Origin: Eledone cirrhosa | Taxonomy: Eukaryota | NCBI GenBank assembly: GCA_964016885.1 | Contig: OZ024743.1 | Coordinates: 178,374,001 to 178,438,000 of the forward strand | Direction: 5' to 3' | Length of the DNA stretch: 64,000 bases | Part shown: positions 24,326 through 35,902 of the stretch, piece by piece | Layout: every line of letters starts with the position of its first letter | Position numbering within the stretch: the first letter of the stretch is position 1 | Translations under genes and position numbers: made by a program | Notes under the pieces: generated by a model | Told to the model about the DNA's origin: nothing | Databases searched by the model: none | The model's input: only the letters and a program-made list of their open reading frames with translations

Positions 24326-27300
24326 AGATGAATTTACCTCCCGGTTCAGGACAAGCATGCAAATGCTCCTCATCATATCAAATACAGAAGCCCAAGACCA
24401 ATATAATTCCATCTCCCACACCCCTATCATATCAGATATGGAAGACCAAGACCAACATAATTCCGTCCCCAACACCCCTTGCTGTGCCCCCATTCCATCC
24501 ACCACCACCCCCACTCAGCAAAATTCAAAATTTCAGAATTGGTACCATGAATGTAGGCACATTGAAAGGTCACTCAAACGAGGTTGTAGAGATGCTTGAA
24601 CATAAGGAAGTTGATGTCTGTTGTGTTCAAGAGACCAGGTGGAGGGGTGGGTCTGCTAGATTCATTGTGGGCAGGAAACAATGCTATAAGCTTTTCTGGA
24701 TGGGTTGTGATAGCAGGCTGGGTGGTGTTGGAATTATGTTAGCAGAAAAATGGACAGACAAGGTAATTGCCGTTGATAGAGTGAATGACAGGATCATTAA
24801 AATAAGATTAATACTAAATGGGACAACTGTATCAATTATTTCTGCTTATGCACCCCAATCAGGATTACCAGACGTTACTAATGACAGGTTCTATGAGTCT
24901 CTAATGCTTACTACTTCCAAGATACCCAACAGTGACTATATAATTATTGCTGGTGACCTTAATGGTCATGTTGGACAACATTGTGATGGCTATGATGGTG
25001 TCCATGGAGGTTATGGATTTGGTACTAGAAATGAGAAAGGCTTCAGGATCCTGGAATTCTGTGATGTAAATGACCTGACTGTCTGCAACACAAACTTCAA
25101 AAAACATGACAGTCATTTGATCACGTATAGATCAGGGGAGCACACCAGCCAGATAGACTTTATCCTTACTAGGAAATGAGACAAAGTGTCTGTTTTGAAC
25201 AATAAGTCCCACCCTCGCGAAAAATGCACCTCCCAACATAATTTAATAGTAAGTGACTTCATAGTCAGGGCCAGAGGTAATTGCTGGCAGAGGAATACCT
25301 TAAGGAGAAGATTATGGAAGCTGAAGAACCCCACAGTCAGTAACAAATTCAAAGGCATATTACTTGATGCTTTTGATAATAAGGAAGAGCAACAAGAGTC
25401 ATACAATATAGAGGAACAGTGGGAATTCCTGAAAGTTAACCTGTTGAAGGAGACTGGTGAAATCTGTGGCTGGAGCAGACCTTTAGGCAGGAGGAGAGTG
25501 ACATGGTGGTGGAACAGTAAGGTGGAGGAGTCCATCAAGGGCAAAAAGCAGGCGTGGAAAGAATGGCAGGACGGGGGTAGTAGAGAACACTATCGTGTAG
25601 CTAAGTATACCTTGCAAAGAGGGAAGCAGAGGATAGTAAGTTCAAGCATATACTACAACAGGAGGACCAAAGATGTGAGATATTCAGGATTACGAGGCAA
25701 TGTGTCAAGGAGAACTGTGATATTGTCGGGGAGACGAATGTCTGTAATGATAACAGTGTACTTGCCCTCACTGATAGTGATAAGAAGGTAGCTTGGAAGT
25801 GTCACTACGAGAGACTACTGAATGTGGAGAATGAATGGAATAAAGATAGTCTGCCCCACATCGATCCAATAGAAGGACCAGCTGTGCAAGTTGATGGTAG
25901 TGTAGTAAGTAAGGCAATCAAAAATATGAAGACAGGCAAAGCAGCTGGGCCTTCGGGGATAGTTGCTGAAATGTTGAAGGTATCTGGAATGGTGGGACAT
26001 ACTATGGTCATCCGGAGAGTAAACCAAATAATACAGAATGGCGTCATACCAAATGACTGGCGTAGCAGCATCATCATCAACTGTTACAAGGGCAAAGAGA
26101 TGCCCTGGATAGAGGAAACTATAGGGGTATTAAATTAGTTGACAAAATCATGAAAGTCACAGAAAGAGTTATTACTCAACTGATTAGAGACCAAATTGAT
26201 CTAGATGAAATGCAGTTTGGGTTTGTGCCAGGTAAAAGTACCATGGATGCTCTTTTCCTTATATGGCAATTGCAGGAGAAGTACCTGGCTAACAGTAAAC
26301 TCCTACTTAGCTTTTGTTGACCTGGAGAAGGCCTTTTACAGAGTCCCACGCACCTTAATCTGATGGGCTCTTAGAAAACTAGGAGTGGAAGAATGGCTTG
26401 TGAGAACTATACAAGCCATGTATAGAGGAACAGTCAGCAAGGTTAGAATTAACAAAGAATATAGTGATGAATTTAGCGTAATAGTAGGGGTTAACCAGGG
26501 TTCCGTTCTTAACCCTCTCCTGTTTATTATTGTCCTACAGGCTATAACATAGGGGTTTAAGACTGGCTGCCCATGGGAACTCCTATACGCAGATGATCTA
26601 ACTCTCATAGCTGAATCTATGGCTGAACTAGAGAGGAAGTTCCAAACATGGAAGCATGGCCTTGCATCAAAAGGCCTTAGAGTCAACTTGCCTAAGACTA
26701 AGGTTCTAGTATGCAGAAAGGAGAATAGGGCTCAGGTACCCTCTGGGAAATGGCCATGTTCAGTGTGTAAGAAAGGAGTAGGCAGAAACTCCATTCTATG
26801 TCCCTAATGCAAACTATGCGTACAAAAAAGATGTAGTGGGATCAGAGGTAAGCGATCTAATAATGTAGATTTTATATGTGGCCGATGCTCAGGTGCAGTA
26901 AGTAGCAAGGACCCACTCCTTCAATTGCCCAGATGGTTCTGTAGAAATAGTAGACACCTTCTGTTACCTCGGTGACAAAATCAGCAGAGGAGGAAGGTGC
27001 TCTGAAAGTGTAGTAGCCAGAGTTAGAACGGGATGAAAAAAGTTCAGAGAGCTAATACCGCTGTTGGCCACAAGGGGTTTTTCTCTAAAAATGAAAGGCA
27101 GATTGTATGATGCATGTATATGAACGGCGATATTACATGCTATTGAGACTTGGGCATTGTGTGCTGAAGACCTGCGTAGATTAGAAAGAAATGAAACTTG
27201 CATGCTCCAATGGAGCATGAAGCATAAACGAACTAAGAGGGAGACTAAGCATAAGAGGTATCAAATGTGTTCTGAAGAGGAGGTTGTGTTGGTATGGACA

Positions 27301-27506
27301 TGTGATGTGTATGAAGGACGACAGCTGTATAAAAAAGTGCAGGGCAATTAAAATTGATGGAAGCTGCGGAGTGGGTAGACCAAGAAAAACCTGGGACGAG
27401 GTGATAAAAACTGACCTTGCCCACCTACACCTCTCTAAGACAATCACACTGGATCGAGAACTTTGGCGCCATGCATTTGTACAGAAGACCTGACTACCAT
27501 TGCATA

Positions 27507-27510
<4 letters not shown>
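24326..27510 (+). mobile_element. RTE LINE, third large copy (APE to end of ORF), no 3' tail in line
   Basis: The 283-aa APE ORF 24328-25179 and downstream RT fragments match copy 1. Bounded by (TA)n on both sides. Confidence 0.95.
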
Positions 27511-27541
<31 letters not shown>

Positions 27542-27828
27542 GTGTGTAACGTTTTTCGAAATATTTACTTCTGCGTTCACAGATTGATTTTTTTAGTTTC
27601 AGAAGATCCCGTTAAGAGTGAAAGCAGCGATTCTTTGCTTAAACTTTAATCTGTTATTTTAATATATATATATATATATTTATATATTCATGTACAGATA
27701 TTTTTGCATACACGATAACAAAATATAAACAAACGTATTTATTTCACGAGGCTCGATAAGGATAAACATATATCAAATATATAAAAACCCTAGAGCAAAT
27801 CCCGAGCAACGCCGGGCCATTCTGCTAG

Positions 27829-27864
<36 letters not shown>

Positions 27865-28145
27865 TACACACATATATCATCATCACCGTTTAACGTCCAT
27901 TTTCCATGCTATCATGGGTTAGACGGGCTGTCTTACTTGAGGCAAGTCGAGGTCAGATGACCATGTCTTGCTCATACAGAAACAATTTTGGCTTGGTTTC
28001 TATGGCTGGATGGCCTTCTTAATGTCAATGATATATATATATATAGATAGATATATAAACAAAATTTGTTTTCCCTCTTAATGTGGTGGACACCTAAATG
28101 TATTCATGAGTGAATAATAATATTATAATATTATAATAATATCAT

Positions 28146-28324
28146 AATTGTTTCTACTTTAGGCACAAGGCCAGCAATAACCCAGTGCATTACTGGTACT
28201 TTATTTTATCCACCCCGTAAGGATGAAAGGCAAAGTCAACCTCGGCGGGATTTGAACTCATATCATAAAGGGACGTAACTCTGCTGTAAAGCATGGCGTC
28301 CGACCCTCTACCGACACTGCCAAT
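28146..28324 (-). mobile_element. MetaSINE-like SINE copy with target-site duplication
   Basis: Same family; flanked by the direct repeat AATAATATCATAAT. Confidence 0.9.
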
Positions 28325-28507
28325 AATATCATAATAATATTAATATTCATGAAACAAGACACTGTCAATTGTTTTCTTTCAGCTATCGCTGGAACAAAAA
28401 GATGACGTCATCTACCATGTGGTGTTTTATGAGGCTGTTTACTTGTAAACACATCGAATATTAATAATATTATGATATAATATTATTCACTCACAAATAT
28501 ATATATA

Positions 28508-28856
28508 TATATTAATAAGAGGAATTCCAACTTTGTCTGATTTACTCGTTTTATTTACAATCCTTTAAAATGTATAATGGTATTATAATGAAATAGTATG
28601 ATAGAATATTAAATGTTAAGTGTTAATTGAACAAGTACTTTTATGTTTTCGATATCTTCAGGTTCATAATTACAAACTTGACTGTCACCACATATCATGA
28701 ACCTGAAGATTGCGAAAGCATGAAAGTACTTGTTCAATTAACACTTAGAATTTAATATTCTATCATACTATTTCATTATAATACCATTATACATTTTAAA
28801 GGATTGTAAATAAAACGAGTAAATCAGACAAAGTTGGAATTCCTCTTATTAATATA
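28508..28856. repeat. Long inverted repeat (~160-bp arms, ~27-bp spacer)
   Basis: TATTAATAAGAGGAATTCCAACTTTGTCTG... pairs with ...CAGACAAAGTTGGAATTCCTCTTATTAATA. Confidence 0.95.
28698..28736 (+). ncRNA. Minimal type I hammerhead ribozyme motif (Penelope-type)
   Basis: Stem I TGAAC/GTTCA; core CTGAAGA; stem II t-TGC-gaaa-GCA-t; GAAA; palindromic GTAC loop III; UH = TT. The closing pair of stem II is T-T rather than G-C. Confidence 0.65.
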
Positions 28857-28902
28857 ATCTTCTATACACAATCATACACACCCGTGTATATTTATATATA
28901 TA

Positions 28903-28976
<74 letters not shown>

Positions 28977-29067
28977 CTATCTATATATCTATATATATAT
29001 ATATATATGCTCCCTTTCTCCTTCATGCATATGTGATATCTGAAATGAAAGTTTAACATTATCTTAC

Positions 29068-29266
29068 CTACATCGTCTAGAGTTGTTATAAGACATGTTA
29101 GTGGATCTAAATAATATTGGTTGACTGTTTGAATTTCTGAGTTTTCAGTTTTACAAGTGGCACATACTTCATGTAAAGCACTGTCTACAATATATAAACC
29201 ATCTCTGGTGCCTAAAGATATGTATGATGAGCCATTACATCCACTGCAGCTATTTATTCGAGGTAC
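29068..29266 (-). CDS. WDR93: WDR93-like coding exon 2 (199 nt, phase 0 to 1)
   Basis: tgtattgtag acceptor, open frame VPRINSCSGCNGSSYISLGTRDGLYIVDSALHEV...CLITTLDDV-G, GTAAGA donor. Collinear with recalled WDR93 (YVFIGGAKGFSIY...LIAPVDEMG). Confidence 0.88.
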
Positions 29267-29299
29267 CTACAATACATAAAAATGCGTGTAATTGTTTAG

Positions 29300-29572
29300 G
29301 CACATGGCCTAGTGGCAAAGGTGTTGGACTTACAATCATAATGTTGCGGGTTCGATTCTTGGGCTGGGTTGTGTGTTGTGTTCTTGAGGAAAACACTTCA
29401 TTTCATGCTGCACCTCTATACTCAGCTGAAAATGAGTACCAGCAATAGCTAGCTAGGGGTTTAACCTTGTGATGGACTGGCATCCTGTTCAGGGGCACTC
29501 TCAATCGCTTCATGACATGAAACTGGGATAAACACAAGCCTGATGAGCTTCCTGGCTTGAGAGAAACTTTCC
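29300..29572 (+). mobile_element. tRNA-derived SINE with the same head and centre but a different 3' end; relatives at about 39190-39430 (-) and 39630-39750 (+)
   Basis: TGGCCTAGTGG A box, GGTTCGATTC B box, TGTTCTTGAGGAAAACACTTCATTTCA centre, then GATGGACTGGCATCCTGTTCAGGGG...GAAACTGGGATAA. Confidence 0.7.
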
Positions 29573-29847
29573 ATCTATTTATAGAGTTAAAAGTTATGGT
29601 TGAAGTTAGGGTTGGGGTTAAAGTGTAAAGAAAAGGGGACAGATCTGATACTTCAGGTCTGCTTGCTGGCTGGAATTATACCAGTTCTAACTGGTTGGAA
29701 CACTACCAGATCTGTGTGTGTTGTTGTATGCATGTGTATGTGTGTTTGTCTGTGTGTGTGCGTGGGTGTATGTCTGTGTGTATGTATGTGCGTGTGTATG
29801 TGTGCCTGTGTGTGCAAAAAAATAAAATAAAATAAAAATAAAAATAA

Positions 29848-30008
29848 TAATTGTTTCTACTTTAGGCACAAGGGCAACAATTTTCAGGGGTAGGAGAAGT
29901 CGATTAAATCGACCCCAGTACTCACTGGTGCTCTATCTTATCGACCCCGTAAGGATGAAAGGCAAAGTTAATCTCGGCGAGATTTGAACTCAGGACGTAA
30001 TGGGCCGT
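29848..30008 (-). mobile_element. MetaSINE-like SINE, 5'-truncated, just inside WDR93 intron 1
   Basis: Core and B box are present; head is missing. Confidence 0.85.
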
Positions 30009-30031
30009 AAAAAAAAAAAAAAAATATTTAC

Positions 30032-30328
30032 TTGGATAGTTTCATTGGAAGCCCACATAGGAGGTGAACCACCAAACATGGAATTTCCCTGAGACTCTTT
30101 CACGTTTTTTCTATGTTCAATTACAGACCAAACTGAGTCAAGTAAATCATTCTGTATTTTATCCACCATCCGGTATGGCTGTGGTAAGGTATCTCTCCAT
30201 AGAGCCGGATCTAGTAGAAAATATCCAGAGTCATTTAGACGTAGAGACGGTTTCTTTTCAGTATTTTTAGATACAGTTGTGCAAATCTGCGCAAAGGAAT
30301 CGCTTGTTATATATTCATTAGAAGACAT
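30032..30328 (-). CDS. WDR93: WDR93-like gene, coding exon 1 (99 codons, ends phase 0)
   Basis: MSSNEY...LLDPALWRDTLPQPYRMVDKIQNDLLDSVWSVIEHR resembles the recalled WDR93 N-terminal motif ([28 protein letters not shown]). ATG is in a CAAAATG context; GTAAAT donor follows ...ETIQ. Confidence 0.9.
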
Positions 30329-30729
30329 TTTGTTTTAATGTTGCGAGCGTGTTGGCGTGCCTCAAAATGTTACGTTTACCCTTATATGATATGGGGCCAA
30401 TTGTCGCACTTGGTGGTGAATTGAGGGTAGTTTTCGTTTAATTTTATATATTTGTTAAGTATTGTATATATTATTTGTCTATTTTCATTCTGTAAGAAGT
30501 ATAAATAATTTGTAATGTTATTTATACAATTAAAGTATAATTAAAGTATAGATATTAACATAAACACGATATAAAAACATACATAAAGACAGACACGCTG
30601 TGATATTGTTATGTGATTCTCAATATTTTCAGATATTACAGATAATATATATTTTGTTAAAATGTGAAACTCAGCGAAAGAAATAAATGAGAAACAATGT
30701 GACAACACCGCCGTTTCTTCATACATGTG

Positions 30730-30743
30730 ATCTCCTTGGTAAC
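30730..30743 (-). promoter_or_regulatory. Candidate RFX X-box upstream of WDR93
   Basis: Minus strand reads GTTACCAAGGAGAT, close to the X-box pattern GTTRCCAWGGNRAC, about 400 bp upstream of the ATG of a ciliary gene. Confidence 0.5.
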
Positions 30744-30882
30744 GATTCACGTTCAAAATACAAACTAAGGGAGGTAAGTCAAGTATATGTAAAATAGAAA
30801 AGCAGCCTTATTTCCCTTGAATCGAGAAATTTCATTTTATTGTCGAATGATTCTTTGTAACGGTGTAACGGGTGTGTATGTG

Positions 30883-30923
<41 letters not shown>

Positions 30924-31149
30924 TTTACTGTTGAACAGAAGTATACAATTATGAAAGTATATTAAAAAAAAGAAATGGAAATAATAAACAGGAAAAGAAA
31001 AAAAAAAAGGCGGAAGAAGAGAAGGAGGGGACAAACTTTACATTCTTGGTTAGACAAGATGGGTGTATTCAGGGGAGCGTAACTAGAGTGTGGCACGTGC
31101 CATGGGAACTACATAAAGGGGGAAGGGTCTCTACTTGAATTAGGAACAT

Positions 31150-31520
31150 TTTTTATGAAAGTCAGATAAGTTAAAGGACAAATAAAAAGGAAGACAGAAA
31201 TATAGGATCGTAAAAGACTAAATAAAAGAAAAAGAGGGGTTATATGTCTTAATCCGTATGGTGAGCAAATGGAGTCCCACGTGCTGGCCTCCACACAGCC
31301 CAGGCGGACAGAATGGAGAAGACGTTTCCCTGGAGGATGGTAAGGGAGATGCGCTGGAAGAGCCATTCCAACTCGTGAGGCTTACACCTGCGACTGGTCA
31401 GCTCAGCGCCTATGGTGGTGAGTATGGAGGTAGCCCTAGGGCAAAAGACACAAGAAGTTTCCACTGCCAAGGGCACGACCGCGAACCTGCCGGAGAACGA
31501 CCAGTAAGTTATGGTTGGAG
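31150..31520 (-). mobile_element. CRE-like retrotransposon 3' fragment
   Basis: MPLAVETSCVFCP...WLFQRISLTILQGNVFSILSA. Confidence 0.75.
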
Positions 31521-33880
31521 AGTGAAAAAAGAAACTTCTTCAGATGTATGATGTCTTTGATTATCATGTGTGGAGAAGCACTATGATGGCTGGATCATTA
31601 AACTATTTATATAATTGATGATTTCATGGTTATCTGAAAGAACAAATTAAGACTATTATTCATAGTTGCTTAAATAACATAAATTGTTTATAATTCTTGA
31701 AAAATTAAAATATAAACAGAGATATATACACATAATGTATACAATTAATTATTGTTAGGAACCTCACAAATATACTACACAAAAATATATAGTCAAAGCG
31801 AAAAAAGAAAGGAAATAAAAAATAAAAACAACCATCAGCTCATTACCAAGTGCGATGGGTGTCACATATTTGGGTAGGGTTGCAATTTCACTGTTTGTCA
31901 TAGGCACTATTTTACATAGTTACACCTCTGGGTTTAACTAGGTAAAATATGATTTAAAATTAGCCGATAAGTATGAAATATAGTTAGAAGTTTTCCACAA
32001 CACATCAAGCCCTATTACGATTAAGGACGTCGATGAAGCTTAAGTTACTTGGAGCCAACTTGGTCTCCATTTTGTGGCCGTCTGGTCTCTCCTACGCAAA
32101 TGAGGCGTAATCCAGTGCAACAGGCTTCGTACAGTCATATGTACTCACTTGACATCACCATTTGGCATGTTTCCGTTTCGCCTTCTAACCTTATGGCAGT
32201 ACATAACTAAACGCCGTAACCTCGCTATCAACTGGTAGATACTCAGATGGACAGTAACTGTCTACGCATCGATGTTTCTTTGGAGGTTCGACCTCCAGAT
32301 CTGCAAGTAACGTAAAAGCCGCTGCGGACCCAGGTTAAATGCTTTCGGTCCTCATCCACTGTCATGCTAACCCCGTGCTGGTTCCCTCCTACATTATGAC
32401 GCATTCAATGTAATGTTACGAACGTGTTGGCTTCTCTCAAAGTGTTACGTTGACGCTTTTGATATGTGGCCGATTGTCACACTTGGTAAATTGATAGTCG
32501 TTTTCGTTTTTGTTTTTTCTCCCCCTTTTTGTGTATTATATTTGTGAGGTTCCTAGCAATAATTAATTGTATTTTTCATGTGTTTATATTTTTAATCTAT
32601 AAGGATTTGTAATGATATTTATACAACTATGAATGATAAAATAATAATTAGTTTTATAATTACGAAATAATTAAGCATGGCTTGTAAGTTGCTGGCTTTC
32701 CATCGTGGTCTTACTGTTGCTCTTGAACCTAGGGAAAGGCCAGATTACATTAAAATATCCCTGTTCCGCGATGGTAAGCTTCTCCTTATCTCAGCAACAA
32801 TGTGGTTAATTCAGCGATAGAGTCAGGTTTCGGTGTCCGGTAAGCTGAAGATCGTAAGCTTTTGGAGGTATAGATCATTTTCTGATGTGTTTGTCAATGA
32901 ACCCACAGCAGCGGAGACGTCTAGCATTCTGGGTCCCCGAACCACCTCCCTACTCGCTGCTATCAGAACAGTGTCGGCCACCTACACGAATATACCACGC
33001 GAGTTGGAATAGCTATGTCAACGCGTCTCCCTCGTTGTCCACCGGCGTAATGCTTTCTGTATTCTGTCCGCTGGGATCATGAGGAGGTATATGCCTGTTG
33101 TTCTGTACGTCTGAGAGGAGGAACATGGGGGAAGGGGTTAACAGCCTTTCATCTACTGGTTCATGCTGGTCCATGGCTCACTTTGTACACACGCACATGC
33201 AGACAACAAGACACTACTAAACTAAAGTTTCCACACAGGAAGTGTATATACAAAAAATTAGTTAAATATTATTTTACGATGTTTTGTTTCAGCACTTTAT
33301 GTCTTAAATTGACCCTTGTGATGTGCTGTCGCACTTGGTGGTGAATTGATGATCGTTTTGTGAGGTTTCCAGCAATAATTAATTGTATTTATTATAAGTG
33401 TTTAAATTTGTGCTTATATTTTCATTCTAAAAGAATTGTGAGCATTTTGTACTGTTATTTATGTATATATTTAAAACTTAATAAAATACATTTGTGCATA
33501 GATTTGTAAACGAAAAAAAAAATTGAAATGTCTCGGGAGCCGCGTTTGCCTTTGATAACTCTTCGGGCGATAAAAGAATTTCTGATCAAGTGCCGAGGAT
33601 AATTCAGTATCACCTTCTTCATACGATAGACGAACTTATACAGAATTGCTGCTACTAGTTACACATTGGTGGACTAGGCCATTTAATAGATATAGTCTAT
33701 GCTCATAATATATTCTTCCTTTATATCTCTTTCTCACGTCCCTTCTCTGGAAGAAATCTACTGCTGTGCTCAGGCCCGGAGAAAAGATAGTCTCCAGCAG
33801 GTTTTAAAATGCCCCAAAAAACGCCTTATGTCAATATGGTGCCCTCACGACTCCCTCGGGGATACGGGTCCATATCATAC

Positions 33881-34252
33881 TGTAGTGACTTACGTTCCTT
33901 GGGTTCATAGAGACATTCTCCGTGCGTAATGGGGCTCAGCTCAGCCAATCGCCGCCAGCGGAGGAGAATATATCTCGACACGCCCTGCTTCAGCTCAAAA
34001 AGTCACTCTCTTGCTGCTTGAACTCTGAAGGATGAACACAAACAATATGTAACGGTGAGATTTGAAATTTGGCCTGTTGGCCTTTCTTGGGGCCACATTC
34101 CTTTTGTAACCCTTTTTATGTTTAACTTTGACTGCCCAATTAAACAAACATTACTTTGTGCTACATCAAATAAACATACATATCTCTTATTTCTCTCGTT
34201 GTCGATATTACTACCATATCCTTCTGCTAAAATGGTTACTCGTGGCGCTATA
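33881..34252 (+). mobile_element. Solo LTR related to the 44691 element
   Basis: Begins TGTAGTGAC; shares GGCTCAGCTCAGCCAATC, CAATATGTAAC and terminal TCGTTGTC.ATATT..TA.CATATC...TGGTT.CTCGTGGC. Confidence 0.75.
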
Positions 34253-35288
34253 TATATATAATATCCTAACCGCTAAAATACTATACCAATTTTGGCAGTG
34301 TATACAGTGCAGAAAGATGGACCAAGGACTATTTGGTTGACGGTAGACCAATCATCCAAACCTGGGTACCGTAACGTAGAAGAGAGGAAGATAACCAACT
34401 ACCGGGATTTGAGCGACCGCTTACTTTTGTGCTAGTCACTGCAGAAACCTCCAGTGTCCTCGGACTGCTGTTTTCCTTCACAAACCTGGTAAGAGTACAC
34501 CCGTCTGAGAAAAGCACCCAAAGGAAGTGGGCTAGCTGATGTAGTGGCTACTACTGGTTGTTCCCCGCAGCAATATTTTCGCCATCTTGTCCATGTGGCG
34601 CAGCTGAAATATACTGCTTAAGCAAGAGTTTGAATATCCACTTCACTCTTCCCCATTTTTCATTAATTAATTTGTTTTCTCTTTTTCTTCTGTTTATTCT
34701 TAAAAATAAAAGAAAGAAAAAACTACTTTCATCATTGTAAAATTCTGTTCATTCATCTGTTTATAACACTAATACAGCCTCACTCTTAAATCACACTCTA
34801 CCGTCTTATATGAACACGAGAGACACGGTAAGTCTGAAAATATGAACACGAGGGGACACAGTAAGTCTGAAAATATGAAGATGAGGTACAGCGTATATCA
34901 GAAAATAATTTTTAAAAAACATAAAAGGATATGGTTACCACAGGAACGATTTTGATTCTTCTCAATTAGAACTGATTTGGGTATAAAAAAATGAATAGAT
35001 TGGAAATACACGAAACAAATTGGATACTATAACAGCAACATGCATGTGTATTTCAATTGCGCCGACCAGTTAGGTGAAGAAGACATCGATCGTTCGTTTT
35101 TGTTTTGAACCGTTTCCGTTTGATATTTCAAAAGAAATATATTGGGTAAAATATTATTTTGTTTTACTTCATCATCTTTTACCATTTATATATTTCCTTT
35201 TCATCGTACCGGCGTTTTGAAACTTATCAGTCATTAAACAAAAGCTCTATTAGCAGTAACAACAACGACGATGTTCACGAGGTATACA

Positions 35289-35442
35289 TTTAACCTTTTC
35301 TTTGTCATATTTCGAATGAAAAGCTCTGTCTATGTCTTTAACCTTTTCATTACCATATTCGAATGCCTGTGTCTTTAACTCTTTCATTACCAAATTTTTA
35401 ATGAAAGACACTGCCTATGCCTTTAGCCCTTTCATTACCATC
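35289..35442. repeat. Tandem units beginning TTAACC(C/T)TTTCATTACCA (piggyBac-terminus-like); the same unit occurs at 38100-38165
   Basis: Four units of 35-50 bp; TTAA-CCCTTT resembles piggyBac ends. Confidence 0.55.
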
Positions 35443-35524
35443 TAAACTATAATAAAGGAAGGACTGCGTACGGTTTATTTCTTTTAATCCGGTTAGTAAA
35501 ACAAGTAGGATTACTTTAAATAAA

Positions 35525-35902
35525 TAATTGTTTCTACTTTAGGCACAAGGCCAGCAATTACCCAGTTCATTACTAGTACTTTATTTTATCGACCCCGTAA
35601 GGATGAAAGGCAAAGTCAACCTCGGCGGGATTTGAACTCAGATCGTAAAGGGACGTAACTATGCTGGAAAGCATGGCGTCCGACCCTCTACCGATACTGC
35701 CAATCCACCACCTAATAAATAATTGTTTCTACTTTAGGCACAAGGCCAGCAATTACCCAGTGCATTACTGGTACTTTATTTTATCGACGCCGTAAAGATG
35801 AAAGGCAAAGTCAACCTCGGCGGGATTTGAACTCAAATCGTAAAGGGACGTAACTATGCTGGAAAGCATGGCTTCCGACCCTCTACCGATACTGCCAATC
35901 CC
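35525..35902 (-). mobile_element. Head-to-tail dimer of MetaSINE-like SINEs
   Basis: Two near-identical ~188-bp copies separated and flanked by TAAATAAT. Confidence 0.9.

Noticed and set aside
28108-28493. Short AT-rich inverted repeat (GAGTGAATAATA.../...TATTATTCACTC) split by a SINE
   Set aside because: Real but short and low-complexity; no ribozyme or TIR signature I can support.
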